The position numbers and the translations under genes are program-made. Positions 1 to 9,573 of a stretch of DNA of 64,000 nucleotides are shown here, one piece after another. Origin of the DNA: Candidatus Daviesbacteria bacterium (lineage in GTDB: Bacteria; Patescibacteriota; Microgenomatia; Daviesbacterales; UBA10151); NCBI GenBank assembly GCA_016187025.1, contig JACPKM010000004.1, positions 99,637 to 163,636 of the forward strand, given 5' to 3'. The notes beneath the pieces were generated by a model, which was not told the origin of the DNA, made no database searches, and saw nothing but the letters and a program-made list of their open reading frames with translations. Numbering within the stretch: the stretch's first letter is position 1; each line of letters starts with the position of its first letter.

Positions 1-587
1 CAAAAGAGCTGGCAGGGCAAGAAATTACACTTACCCTTTCTGACCCTCAAAAAATTGAGACTAGACTAGTAGGTATCACCCCAAGAAAAGACCCTCCTCC
101 AGGAGAAGGGGCAATGGGAATAGCACTGGCTCCTATTGAAACTGTCACTTTGCACTATGAAACACTTTTACAAAAAGTTTTTTCAGCTCAAGTCCATTCT
201 TGGAATATTATTTCTTACTCTGGAAAAATTCTAGGTAATTTAATTTTCCAATCCTTGAGTCAAAAAAACATTGAACCAGTATCTCAAACTATTTCTGGAC
301 CAGTTGGAATTATCTCACTTGCCAATGCAGTTTTAACATCAACAGAAAATCCTCTAATTCCTTATTTAGATTTTGTGGCACTTTTATCTTTAAATTTAGC
401 TGTAATGAATCTGCTGCCAATTCCTGCTTTAGATGGGGGGAGATTATTTTTCCTGCTTATAGAAGCTACTACCAGAAAAAAAGTGCATGCAGAAGTTGAA
501 AGATGGGTTCATGCAGTAGGTATGGCTTTGCTTTTGGCGCTTACAGTTTTGATAACCTTTTCAGATATAAGAAAATTTTTCAGTTAA
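1..587 (+). CDS. rseP: RIP metalloprotease RseP (site-2 protease), C-terminal part; 5' end outside the window
   Basis: The frame is open from the window start. The PDZ-like region and the C-terminal LPIPALDGGRLFF motif are typical of the RseP C-terminus. Confidence 0.7.
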   Translation, partial: KELAGQEITLTLSDPQKIETRLVGITPRKDPPPGEGAMGIALAPIETVTLHYETLLQKVFSAQVHSWNIISYSGKILGNLIFQSLSQKNIEPVSQTISGPVGIISLANAVLTSTENPLIPYLDFVALLSLNLAVMNLLPIPALDGGRLFFLLIEATTRKKVHAEVERWVHAVGMALLLALTVLITFSDIRKFFS

Positions 588-640
588 TCTTTGCGCGATT
601 GATCTTCCCTTTTCTTGTAAAAATAAGTACAATTGATCTC

Positions 641-2374
641 ATGCTATATTCAAAACTTTTTCCAAAAACTATAAAACAGACTCCGCAAGATGCTAGTTTA
701 GTGTCACATAAACTACTGTACCGTGCAGGATTTATTAGAGAATCCACTGCGGGCAGATACTATATGCTTCCTTTGGGAATGAGAGTCCAACAAAAAATCC
801 AAAAGATCATCAAAGAGGAGATGGATAAAATAGGTGGGCAGGAGATGATCACTCCTGTTTTGCACCCTAAAGCCTTATGGGCAGAAACCAACAGAACCAC
901 CTCAGTAGGGTTTGAGCTAATGAGTATAAAAGATAGGAATGAAATGGAGTTTGTACTGGGTGGAACTGCTGAGGAAATGTTTGTTGATTTGGTAAGAAAA
1001 TTTCAGATAAGTTATAAAGATTTGCCGCTTAACTTATACCAGTTTTCTACTAAGTTTAGAGATGAGCTTCGAGCGCGTGGAGGATTGCTTAGGGTGCGTG
1101 AGTTTTTAATGAAAGATGCTTACTCTTTTGATATTTCAGAAGAGGAGTTTAGGGTAACCTATGAGCTGATGCGGCAGACCTATTCAAAAATTTTTGAGCG
1201 GGCGGGTTTAAAAACCTTGGTGGTTGCCTCAGACAATGGCTACATCGGTGGAGAGTATTGCCATGAGTTTGTAGTGGAATCAGAGGTGGGTGAAAGCAGA
1301 TTCTTTGTAAATCCTGATAATTCATATTGTGCTCATGAGGATATAGCAGAATTCATCCCGGATAAGAAAAACTTAGATGAGCAGGAAAAAAGCTTGCAGG
1401 AGGTTGAAGCAGTGAGGGGAACTACTATGGAGGATGGGGTAAAGCTTCATAGACTGCCTTTATGGCAGCAGATTAAAGATGTTTTATTTGTGGATGAAAA
1501 GGGTAGGTTTATTTTGGCAATTATCAGGGGAGATTTTGATGTTAATGAAATAAAGCTTCTTCATGCAATCAAAGCCTATCAGCTAAGACCTGCAACAGAA
1601 GAAGAGATCAGAAACAAAATTCATTCAGAGCCTGGGTTTATATCTCCTGTAGGTATCAAAGAGTTGATAGAAAAAGATGTTGAGTTAGTAATTGTGGCAG
1701 ATGAATCCTTGCATACTGTTAAAAACGCCTATGGCGGTGCAAATAAGAAACATAGGGATTTACTGAATATGAACTTAGGTAGGGATTATAAGCCTGATAT
1801 AACTTCTGATATTGCTATGGCCAAAGAAGGGTTTCTAGCTCCAGATGGCAGTGGCCCTTTGACTGCCAAAAAGGGAATTGAGGTTGGTAATATTTTCCAG
1901 CTTGGTTTTCATTACTCATCAAAAATGAGAGGAGCAAACTTTGTAGACAAGAATGGTAAACCCCAGCCTTATTATATGGGCTGTTATGGCATAGGATTGG
2001 GTAGAACTCTGGCTTCCGTAGCTGAGGTATCTTGTGATGACCAGGGGATTATCTGGCCTTTGTCTGTAGCCCCTTTTCAGGTTCATCTAGTGGGGTTGGA
2101 TTTAAAAGGGGAAAGCGTAAAGCGTGAAGCGGAAAGAGTATATAAGTTGTTGCAAGTAGAAGGGATTGAAGTTTTGTTTGATGATCGGATAGATGTCTCA
2201 CCTGGAGCAAAGTTTGCAGATGCGGATTTAATAGGAGTTCCTTTTAGGGTGGTAATATCTAACAAGACTGGAAAGACTTTGGAGGTCAAAAAACGCGGCT
2301 CAAAGCAAACTGAGTTTTTAACCCTAAGCTCGTTAATAGAAACAGTGAAAAATAGGGAATGGTTGATTTTATAG
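641..2374 (+). CDS. proS: Proline--tRNA ligase
   Basis: The N-terminus MLYSKLFPKT...SHKLLYRAGFIRE matches the ProRS start. Class II aaRS motifs and an anticodon-binding C-terminus are present. The ORF-track start at 503 overlaps rseP; the ATG at 641 is chosen instead. Confidence 0.88.
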   Translation: MLYSKLFPKTIKQTPQDASLVSHKLLYRAGFIRESTAGRYYMLPLGMRVQQKIQKIIKEEMDKIGGQEMITPVLHPKALWAETNRTTSVGFELMSIKDRNEMEFVLGGTAEEMFVDLVRKFQISYKDLPLNLYQFSTKFRDELRARGGLLRVREFLMKDAYSFDISEEEFRVTYELMRQTYSKIFERAGLKTLVVASDNGYIGGEYCHEFVVESEVGESRFFVNPDNSYCAHEDIAEFIPDKKNLDEQEKSLQEVEAVRGTTMEDGVKLHRLPLWQQIKDVLFVDEKGRFILAIIRGDFDVNEIKLLHAIKAYQLRPATEEEIRNKIHSEPGFISPVGIKELIEKDVELVIVADESLHTVKNAYGGANKKHRDLLNMNLGRDYKPDITSDIAMAKEGFLAPDGSGPLTAKKGIEVGNIFQLGFHYSSKMRGANFVDKNGKPQPYYMGCYGIGLGRTLASVAEVSCDDQGIIWPLSVAPFQVHLVGLDLKGESVKREAERVYKLLQVEGIEVLFDDRIDVSPGAKFADADLIGVPFRVVISNKTGKTLEVKKRGSKQTEFLTLSSLIETVKNREWLIL

Positions 2375-2466
2375 GGTATTTCTGTTAAATTACAATCCAG
2401 ACAATCCTGATCCACCGGCCAAGTTTACTGTTAAACAGATGGCGGACAGGATATTTTAAAGGAAAA

Positions 2467-3537
2467 ATGTTAAATAAAACAATTACAAATCAGCCAAAAT
2501 CAATTATTGAGGTGCAAATCACTGTACCTTGGTCAGATTTAGAGCCAAAGTGGAATGAAACATTGCAAAGGTTAGCTGAAGATGTAGAAATGCCTGGTTT
2601 TAGAAAAGGCAATGTTCCTTTGAATATGGTTGAAGCAAATTTGGCCGGTAAGCTCCAGGATGAGGTTTTAAAGGTCGCTATGCCTCAATTTTTAATAGAA
2701 GCTTTAAAAGGAACAGATATAGTTCCAATTGATTATCCAAAATATGACCTAGTTTCTTTTGTAAAGGGTCAGCCGTTGCAATATAAAACCACAGTGACAA
2801 ATAGGCCTCATGTCAGCATCGGCAATTATAAAACTATCAAAGCTACAAGACCAACACCAAAACCAGTTACAGATGAAGAGGTGCAAAAAGTAGTTGATGA
2901 TTTATACAACAGATGGAAAAATAAGCCTGGAATAGGTAATCCAGCGGCTGGTCCTTCTGGGTCAATAGATTTCCAAAAGCCACAAAACCAACCTGACTCA
3001 ACTAAATCTTCAACAAGCCCTGATGATGAGTTTGCCAAAGCCATGGGTGCTACCAGTCTTGCCGATCTAAAAGACAAAATCAGGAAAGACTTGCAAGATA
3101 ACATTGGTTACAATAACGAGCTTGACTATGAGGAAGCAATCCTGCAAGAAGTGGAGAAAATGACAGCTGTTGAGTTACCAGAAGTTTTAATTCAGGATGA
3201 GCTAAACCGGATGCTAGTGTCACTGCAAAGAAGAGTAGCAGATATGGGACTACTTCTGGATGATTACTTAAGAGGTCAGGGTAAAACTTTAGAACAGATT
3301 AAAAACGAGTGGAGACAGCAAGCTGAGAAAAATGTACGTATGGAACTTGGACTGGCAGAAATTGCAAGATTAGAAAATGTAAATATTTCAGACCAAGAGC
3401 TTCAGGCAGAAGTTGATAAAATTCAGGATGCCCGGGTTAAAAAACAATTTGACTCTCAAGAACCAAGACTGCATTTAAAACATGCCTTAAGACAAACTAA
3501 AACCTTAGACCTTCTAAAAAAGCTTGTAACTGGGTAA
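2467..3537 (+). CDS. tig: Trigger factor, apparently reduced and lacking an FKBP PPIase domain
   Basis: The N-terminal ribosome-binding domain carries the PGFRKGNVP signature and a C-terminal chaperone arm is present. The middle is a Pro/Gly/Ser-rich linker where the PPIase domain would be. Confidence 0.7.
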   Translation: MLNKTITNQPKSIIEVQITVPWSDLEPKWNETLQRLAEDVEMPGFRKGNVPLNMVEANLAGKLQDEVLKVAMPQFLIEALKGTDIVPIDYPKYDLVSFVKGQPLQYKTTVTNRPHVSIGNYKTIKATRPTPKPVTDEEVQKVVDDLYNRWKNKPGIGNPAAGPSGSIDFQKPQNQPDSTKSSTSPDDEFAKAMGATSLADLKDKIRKDLQDNIGYNNELDYEEAILQEVEKMTAVELPEVLIQDELNRMLVSLQRRVADMGLLLDDYLRGQGKTLEQIKNEWRQQAEKNVRMELGLAEIARLENVNISDQELQAEVDKIQDARVKKQFDSQEPRLHLKHALRQTKTLDLLKKLVTG

Positions 3538-3559
3538 CTCAGGCAGTATAATTATCCGC

Positions 3560-3967
3560 GTGGAAGACTGTATTTTCTGCAAAATCATCATAGGTGATAT
3601 TCCTTCTAACCGAGTGCATGAAGATGAGGATGTAGTTGCTTTTTTGGAATTACACCCCTCAGCACCTGGACATGTAATGGTGATTCATAGACGACACGGT
3701 AAAACAGTTTTAGATTACTCGGAAAAAGAACTAGGAAAGATTATGACTGGTGTCCAGAAAGTGGCTGAAAAAGTTGAAAAAGGGCTAAAGTGTAATTCAA
3801 TTACGATTGGTATCAATCACAATGAACGCAGAGGTGTACCACATTTACATATCCACCTGGTTCCTAGGTGGGAAGGTGACAGAGGTGGTATCATACAGAC
3901 AGTTGTAAACAATCCTCCTCAGGATTCCCCTGAGGTCATAGCAGAGAAAATACGTAAAGCAACCTAA
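3560..3967 (+). CDS. HIT family hydrolase
   Basis: N-terminal CIFCKI and the histidine triad HLHIHLVPR. Confidence 0.85.
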   Translation: MEDCIFCKIIIGDIPSNRVHEDEDVVAFLELHPSAPGHVMVIHRRHGKTVLDYSEKELGKIMTGVQKVAEKVEKGLKCNSITIGINHNERRGVPHLHIHLVPRWEGDRGGIIQTVVNNPPQDSPEVIAEKIRKAT

Positions 3968-3991
3968 AAAGGAGGTGTTTTTTTAAAAAAT

Positions 3992-4189
3992 ATGTCAATA
4001 ATAGTTAAAGCGGGTCCGAACGATTCAACAGATGCAGTAATAAAAAAGTTTCAAAAGCGGGTAATTGCTGAAGGTATTGTGCAAGAGATTCGCGACAGAT
4101 CTGTTTATAAAAAACCTTCACAAATGAAACAAGAATATTTAGCAGAGAAACGCAGAAAGATTAAGCGTTCGAGACGTTTGAATAGGTAA
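3992..4189 (+). CDS. rpsU: 30S ribosomal protein S21
   Basis: A 65-aa basic protein with the KRRKIKRSRRLNR tail typical of S21. Confidence 0.85.
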   Translation: MSIIVKAGPNDSTDAVIKKFQKRVIAEGIVQEIRDRSVYKKPSQMKQEYLAEKRRKIKRSRRLNR

Positions 4190-4191
4190 AA

Positions 4192-4635
4192 ATGCTTACA
4201 GAAAAAATCCAAAATGATTTAAAAGAGTCGTTAAAGAGTCGTGATCAGGTAAAGGTTTCTACCTTAAGGATTCTTTTGGCAGAAATTAACAATACTAGGA
4301 TTGCAAAAGGCATAGAGCTTGCAGATGAGGATATTATTTCTGTAATTCAAAAAGAGGTCAAGAAAAGAAAAGAAGCAGCAGAGGGTTTCCGCTCTGGAGG
4401 TCGGGAAGAGTCTGCTCAGGTGGAAGAGCAAGAACTGGCTGTTTTAGAGTTTTACCTACCAGCACAATTATCAGATGAAGAGTTGACTAAAATTGTTGAA
4501 AGCACTATAACTGAGGTAGGAGCCAATTTGATTTCTGACATGGGTAAAGTAATAGGTTCGGTTATGGGAAAAGTCAAAGGTAGGGCAGATGGAGCAAGAG
4601 TAAGTGCTTTGGTTAAACAGAAATTATCAAGCTAG
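4192..4635 (+). CDS. yqeY: GatB/YqeY domain protein
   Basis: The LKESLKSRD...VSTLRILLAEI pattern matches the YqeY family. Confidence 0.75.
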   Translation: MLTEKIQNDLKESLKSRDQVKVSTLRILLAEINNTRIAKGIELADEDIISVIQKEVKKRKEAAEGFRSGGREESAQVEEQELAVLEFYLPAQLSDEELTKIVESTITEVGANLISDMGKVIGSVMGKVKGRADGARVSALVKQKLSS

Positions 4636-4646
4636 GTTGTTAAATT

Positions 4647-5060
4647 ATGATCAACATCATTGTAAACTCAGATCCACGCTATAACATAGATAAAGCAGCA
4701 ATCCGAGCAGCAGTAATTTCTGCTCTTCAAAAGTATAAGGTCACCACCAGAGTCGAGGTTGGCGTAAATATTATTGGTGATAGAAAAATGCATGAGCTAA
4801 ATAGAACGTTCAGAGGTATTGATTCCACCACCGATATTTTAACTTTTGCTCTTGAGGATCCGCAAACACCAACCTTGCAACATATTCCCCGGGTTGGGTT
4901 TGTAGCTGCACCTGATAAGTGGTTAAGGCTGGGAGATATTGTTATTTCTTATCCTCAGGTAGTGGAAGATGCATCTTTGGAAGGTATATCAGTTGATGAG
5001 GAGATTAGAGTTTTGGTAGAGCATGGGGTAAACCATCTTTTAGGTGTTCATCACGATTAG
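4647..5060 (+). CDS. ybeY: Endoribonuclease YbeY (rRNA maturation factor)
   Basis: The C-terminal HGVNHLLGVHHD motif (H-x-x-x-H...H) is the YbeY zinc-binding site. Confidence 0.8.
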   Translation: MINIIVNSDPRYNIDKAAIRAAVISALQKYKVTTRVEVGVNIIGDRKMHELNRTFRGIDSTTDILTFALEDPQTPTLQHIPRVGFVAAPDKWLRLGDIVISYPQVVEDASLEGISVDEEIRVLVEHGVNHLLGVHHD

Positions 5061-5084
5061 AAATCTCTGCCCAAAATCAAAAAT

Positions 5085-6704
5085 ATGCAGGATACTAAGT
5101 CAGCCTTCTATTTAAAATATCGTCCTCAAAGCTTAAATGATTTAATTGGCCAGGAAACAGTTAAAAAGATTTTGCAATCAGCTTTTTCTCTAAATAGACT
5201 TTCTCACGCATATATATTTGTTGGACCAAGGGGAACAGGTAAAACATCAACTGCCCGGATTTTGGCAAAGATGGTGAACTGTGAAAAGGGCAAAGCCCTG
5301 CCTGCCGGCAGGCAGGGGGAAAGCGGAAAAAGTGAATTACCTTGCAACAGCTGTTCGGCATGCCTTTCTATTACTGATGGCACTAATTTGGACCTTATAG
5401 AAATTGACGCAGCATCAAACAGAGGAATTGATGATATTAGATCACTGCGGGAAAGAATCAATTTAGCGCCTACAAATGCCAAGAAAAAAGTGTACATCAT
5501 AGATGAGGTGCACATGCTTACAACCGAGGCGTTTAACGCCCTTTTGAAGACTTTAGAAGAGCCTCCTGCCCATGCTTTGTTTATTTTGGCAACTACCGAA
5601 GGCTCAAAAGTTCCCCAAACAATTCTTTCCCGCTGCATAAGATTGGATTTTAAACTAGCCAGCCAGCAGGAGCTTGTACAAGTTTTAAGTATTATCACAA
5701 AAGAAGAAAAAATAGAAATAGATGAAGATAGTATTAAAATTGTTGCTCAAAAAGCTGATGGGAGTTTCCGGGATGGGGTTAAGCTTTTGGATCAGGTATC
5801 ATCATGGAGTGGAAAAATTACAGCCGTAAAGACTCAAGAGAGCCTGCGTTCATCCAAGTTTGAACAAACAACTAAAGTTTTAGAGCATCTTTCCCTCAAC
5901 AGCACAAAAGAGGCTTTGCTTGAGATAACAAACCAGACAAAAGAAGGCATAGATACAAAAGGATCTATCACCTCTTTAATGGAGGCCATGCGGCATTTTG
6001 TCTTTATCAAAAGTGGTTTGGTAAAAGAGCTGGTAGAACCATTCTGGGGTGAGGAAAAAACTAAAGTTTTAATATCTTTATCTGAAAAATTTGATACAGG
6101 AGCGCTAATAAAAAATTTAGATTTACTCCAAACTGCACTGGAAAAGCTTAAAACTTCCTCAATTGAGGCATTACCGCTTGAACTGGCAGTTGTCCAAATG
6201 TGCAGATATGAACCAGAATCAGCAGTTATGAATCGAGAATCAGAGGATTTAGAAATACTTCCTGTGACAAGTGAAATAAATATCCCTGTTTCCGAGACAA
6301 AGTTGGTAATGGATAAATCTGCTAAAGAGCCTAAATTGGATGGTCAAGATATGTCAGATTTATCCAAGGTAAAAGAAAAATGGAACTTTGTACTAGAAAC
6401 TGTCAGACAAAATAATTTCTCTTTGGAAGCACTTTTGCGCTCTGTAGAGCTGGGAGACTGCAGTGGTTCAACTGTTGTTATCAAAGTACCCTATTCTTTT
6501 CATCAGAGAATATTAGATGCTCCCAAAAACAGAGAACTGGTGGAAGCAATCATTTCTGATATTTTAGGACGGAGTATTAAAATTACAACCTCAGTTGGGA
6601 TAAGACGGCCTAGAAAAGAGGATATTGCCAATATTGAGGTGGCAGCAGATGATGAGGTAATAAGAATTGCCTCAGAAATTTTCAGTTCAGAAACAGTCAA
6701 TTAA
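5085..6704 (+). CDS. dnaX: DNA polymerase III subunit gamma/tau
   Basis: AAA+ P-loop GPRGTGKTS and zinc module NCEKG...CNSCSAC. Carries an extra ~12-aa loop encoded by a GC-rich palindrome (see findings). Confidence 0.88.
   Translation: MQDTKSAFYLKYRPQSLNDLIGQETVKKILQSAFSLNRLSHAYIFVGPRGTGKTSTARILAKMVNCEKGKALPAGRQGESGKSELPCNSCSACLSITDGTNLDLIEIDAASNRGIDDIRSLRERINLAPTNAKKKVYIIDEVHMLTTEAFNALLKTLEEPPAHALFILATTEGSKVPQTILSRCIRLDFKLASQQELVQVLSIITKEEKIEIDEDSIKIVAQKADGSFRDGVKLLDQVSSWSGKITAVKTQESLRSSKFEQTTKVLEHLSLNSTKEALLEITNQTKEGIDTKGSITSLMEAMRHFVFIKSGLVKELVEPFWGEEKTKVLISLSEKFDTGALIKNLDLLQTALEKLKTSSIEALPLELAVVQMCRYEPESAVMNRESEDLEILPVTSEINIPVSETKLVMDKSAKEPKLDGQDMSDLSKVKEKWNFVLETVRQNNFSLEALLRSVELGDCSGSTVVIKVPYSFHQRILDAPKNRELVEAIISDILGRSIKITTSVGIRRPRKEDIANIEVAADDEVIRIASEIFSSETVN
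5296..5317. repeat. 22-bp perfect GC-rich palindrome CCCTGCCTGCCGGCAGGCAGGG, in-frame inside dnaX
   Basis: Read directly from the sequence. The same 20-bp core occurs inside prmC at 50116-50135. It is highly atypical GC content for this AT-rich window. Confidence 0.9.
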
Positions 6705-6774
6705 GAGTTTAGGTTCTAAGCAACTTTTTCCTACTTGTTAACTTATTAATTCTTGTTATATTATCTTTCCATTC

Positions 6775-8082
6775 ATGGCATCAAAAGTTTTTAAATTAGA
6801 AAAGTCTGATCCTAAGGTGTATAAACTTATTAAAGGGGAAGAGACTCGCCAGAAAAATGGTATGGAGCTTATAGCTTCAGAGAACTATGTTTCTGAGGCT
6901 GTACTTGAGGCGTTAGGAACAGTGTTTACTAACAAATACTCTGAAGGTTATCCTGGCAAGCGATATTATGGAGGGCAAGATTTTACTGACCCTCTTGAGT
7001 CGTTAGCTATAGAGAGAGCGAAAAAACTTTTTAACTGTGATCATGCAAATGTTCAACCGCTCTCTGGTGCTCCTGCTAATGTAGCTGTATATTTCTCTTG
7101 GCTTGAGCCTGGAGATACTGTTTTAGGGATGGATTTAACTCATGGAGGACATCTAACTCATGGTAGTCCGGTTACTTACATGGCAAAACTTTTTAATTTT
7201 GTTCGATACAAAATGAAGGACGTAGAAACCGGAGAAATAGATTACGAAGAGCTAAAAAAAGTAGCCAAAAAGAATAAAGCTAAGATAATCTTGGCAGGTT
7301 TTTCTGCATATCCTAGGGAGCTAGACTATGCCAAGTTTAAAGAGGTAGCTGACGAGGTGGGTGCTGTGGCCATGGCAGATATTGCCCATATAGCTGGTTT
7401 GATCGCAGCCAAGATCCTAAAAAACCCATTTGACTTTGGATTCCATGTAGTAACTACCACTACTCATAAAACTCTAAGAGGGCCAAGAGGAGGTTTAATT
7501 TTATCAAAAGGTAAAGTCAGTAATCCTTTAAAATCTGTTGAAAAAAATATTGAGAACCTACCAACTCTGATTGACCGATCAGTTTTTCCTGGATTTCAAG
7601 GAGGACCGCATATGAATAATATAGCTGCAAAAACAGTTGCCTTTGGTGAAGCTCTAAAGCCTCAATTTAAAGTATATGCACGACAGGTAGTAAAAAACGC
7701 TAAAGCTATGGCCGGTGAATTAATGAAGCAGGGTTGTAAACTAGTTACCAATGGAACTGATAACCATTTAATGGTGATAGACTGTGTAAAATCCTTTGGG
7801 GTAAATGGCAGGGAAGTTGAAAAGATTTTAGATCTGGTAGGTATTACTACCAGCAAAAGCACAATTCCAGATGATATTCTTCCACCCTATGCTCCTTCGG
7901 GTTTAAGATTAGGAACTCCTGCTATGACAACCAGAGGAATGAAGGAAAAAGAAATAATACAAATTGCTCGTTGGATTGTAGAGGCTGTTAATAACAGAGA
8001 AAACTTGAGAATGATTAGGAGAGTTAAAAAAAGTATCTTGGAGATGAGTCTTCAGTTTCCTGTTCCGGGAATTTCCAAATAA
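6775..8082 (+). CDS. glyA: Serine hydroxymethyltransferase
   Basis: SHMT motifs are present, including the PLP-lysine context TTTTHKTLRGPRGG. Confidence 0.92.
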   Translation: MASKVFKLEKSDPKVYKLIKGEETRQKNGMELIASENYVSEAVLEALGTVFTNKYSEGYPGKRYYGGQDFTDPLESLAIERAKKLFNCDHANVQPLSGAPANVAVYFSWLEPGDTVLGMDLTHGGHLTHGSPVTYMAKLFNFVRYKMKDVETGEIDYEELKKVAKKNKAKIILAGFSAYPRELDYAKFKEVADEVGAVAMADIAHIAGLIAAKILKNPFDFGFHVVTTTTHKTLRGPRGGLILSKGKVSNPLKSVEKNIENLPTLIDRSVFPGFQGGPHMNNIAAKTVAFGEALKPQFKVYARQVVKNAKAMAGELMKQGCKLVTNGTDNHLMVIDCVKSFGVNGREVEKILDLVGITTSKSTIPDDILPPYAPSGLRLGTPAMTTRGMKEKEIIQIARWIVEAVNNRENLRMIRRVKKSILEMSLQFPVPGISK

Positions 8083-8128
8083 GGTATAATGTGTTAAACT
8101 TTTAAAGTTTAAAAGGAGAGATTTAGAT

Positions 8129-8407
8129 ATGGGATTTATGGATTCAATGAAGCAGCTTGGTGATCTTAAAAAAATGAGAGATCAAGCTGTGGAAATACAA
8201 AAAAAGCTTGCTGATATTAGAATTACTGTTGAGCACAAAGGTGTAACTGTAGTTATGACAGCAGATCAAAAAGTAGTATCTATTTCTGGGGATAATGATT
8301 TAGAGAAAGTAAAAGAAGCAATTAATGAATCTTTAAAACAAGCACAAAAAGTAGCAGCTGAGGAAATGCGGGGTATGATGGGTGGTTTAGGTTTACCTGG
8401 AATGTAA
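8129..8407 (+). CDS. ybaB: Nucleoid-associated protein YbaB/EbfC
   Basis: A 92-aa YbaB-like sequence in the conserved position upstream of recR. Confidence 0.8.
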   Translation: MGFMDSMKQLGDLKKMRDQAVEIQKKLADIRITVEHKGVTVVMTADQKVVSISGDNDLEKVKEAINESLKQAQKVAAEEMRGMMGGLGLPGM

Positions 8408-9003
8408 TGGCTACAGTTCCAAAACCTGTACAAAATTTAATAGAGGCTTTTGAAAGACTTCCGGGAATTGGTCCTAAAACAGCCCAAAGACTTACCTATT
8501 ATCTTCTTCATGCTCCAAAAGAGGAAGCAGAGAAACTGGCTACTGCAGCTTTGGAGATGAAGGACAAAACTGTTATCTGTTCAGTTTGTTTTAATATTGA
8601 TGAAAAAGATCCTTGCTGGGTAGATCAAGACCAAAGTAGAGAAAAAGATAAAATTCTGGTTGTTGAAAATCCTTTGGATATTCTGTCGCTTGAGAGGGCA
8701 GGATACAAGGGTCTTTATCATGTATTACACGGGGTAATTTCTCCTTTGGAAAACATCGGCCCGGAACAATTGCATATCAGAGAGTTGTTGCCAAGGCTCA
8801 AGGATGGAAGCATAAAAGAGCTAATTTTGGCAACAAATCCCACCATGGAAGGTGAGGCAACAGCAATGTATATACAAAGATTACTATCTCCCTTAGGTGT
8901 TAAAGTGACAAGAATTGCAAGGGGACTACCAGTTGGTGGAGATATAGAGTATGCAGATGAGACTACTCTCTCAAGGGCTTTAGAAGGGCGTAAAGAATAC
9001 TAA
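8407..9003 (+). CDS. recR: Recombination protein RecR
   Basis: HhH LPGIGPKTAQRL, a C4 zinc finger (CSVCFNI...C) and a Toprim domain. Confidence 0.9.
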   Translation: MATVPKPVQNLIEAFERLPGIGPKTAQRLTYYLLHAPKEEAEKLATAALEMKDKTVICSVCFNIDEKDPCWVDQDQSREKDKILVVENPLDILSLERAGYKGLYHVLHGVISPLENIGPEQLHIRELLPRLKDGSIKELILATNPTMEGEATAMYIQRLLSPLGVKVTRIARGLPVGGDIEYADETTLSRALEGRKEY

Positions 9004-9028
9004 ATGTTTTTTGTGCTAATATTAGTTT

Positions 9029-9514
9029 ATGGCTGATGGATCAAGTGGTGGATTTAAACAATTTGCAGGTGAGATGGGAGAAACTGTAAAAGAGGTGGTT
9101 AAGGATACAAGTGGAAGTTTTCAAGATATGGGTCAGCAAGCAGCAGAGTCTTTTACCGGAAACTATCAAAATCCCCAAAAACAGGCTCAGCAGCAACAAG
9201 CCCAGCAGCAAAAAATAGATGAGCAAAAAAGGCTCAACTGGGCAAGAACTGTTATAGAACATCATAAAAAGTTAGCCAGTCAAATTAGGTATGTACGCGA
9301 ACAAAAAGAGCAACAATGGACCAAGCGCCAGCAAGAAGAGCAGCAAAAAAAAGAAAAAGAGCGAGCCGAGCAAGCACAAAGAAATCAAGTAATTTCATCT
9401 CCATCAGCTTCCAGAAAAGGCCCGGGGGTTCCGGGAAAACCTGCCAAACAAATGAGGGAAGATCTTGCCCGATCACAAGCAGAACTTCGCGCTGGCCGTG
9501 GCCAAGGAGGCTAG
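9029..9514 (+). CDS. Low-complexity Gln/Lys/Glu-rich hypothetical protein
   Basis: This is the longest ORF in the interval, and the alternative antisense ORFs are shorter. Function unknown. Confidence 0.35.
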   Translation: MADGSSGGFKQFAGEMGETVKEVVKDTSGSFQDMGQQAAESFTGNYQNPQKQAQQQQAQQQKIDEQKRLNWARTVIEHHKKLASQIRYVREQKEQQWTKRQQEEQQKKEKERAEQAQRNQVISSPSASRKGPGVPGKPAKQMREDLARSQAELRAGRGQGG

Positions 9515-9538
9515 CCCTCATTTACTATATCCCATAGT

Positions 9539-9567
9539 TTGATTTATACTGATGTTTATTCTATAAT
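9539..9567 (+). promoter_or_regulatory. Sigma70-like promoter TTGATT-17nt-TATAAT ending 6 nt before the ATG at 9574 (leaderless transcript likely)
   Basis: A consensus -35/-10 pair with optimal 17-nt spacing. There is no room for an SD before the start codon. Confidence 0.4.
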
Positions 9568-9573
9568 ATAGAT

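Noticed and set aside
503-640. An upstream extension of the proS ORF (track start at 503)
   Set aside because: It overlaps the 3' end of rseP in another frame, and the ProRS N-terminal homology begins at the ATG at 641.
2083-2415. A 110-aa antisense ORF inside proS, and similar antisense/shadow ORFs: 2826-3104, 5161-5361, 5204-5698, 6503-6700, 7662-7862, 9041-9265, 9285-9521, 11626-11868, 12040-12246, 13309-13734, 14755-15039, 15357-15578, 15975-16268, 21324-21701, 27805-28095, 33028-33267, 35587-35841, 39906-40238, 41896-42204, 47058-47357, 49098-49325, 50795-51037, 52466-52768, 55254-55604, 62038-62379 and others
   Set aside because: They lie fully inside well-supported genes on the opposite strand or in another frame, have low-complexity or compositionally odd products, and lack motifs. 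They are typical shadow ORFs of an AT-rich genome.
8083-8112. A TATAAT followed by the AT-only palindrome TTAAACTTTTAAAGTTTAA between glyA and ybaB, as a possible promoter/operator or terminator
   Set aside because: There is no acceptable -35, and the hairpin is all A/T with no downstream T-run. This is too weak to call in an AT-rich genome, so it is left as a note only.
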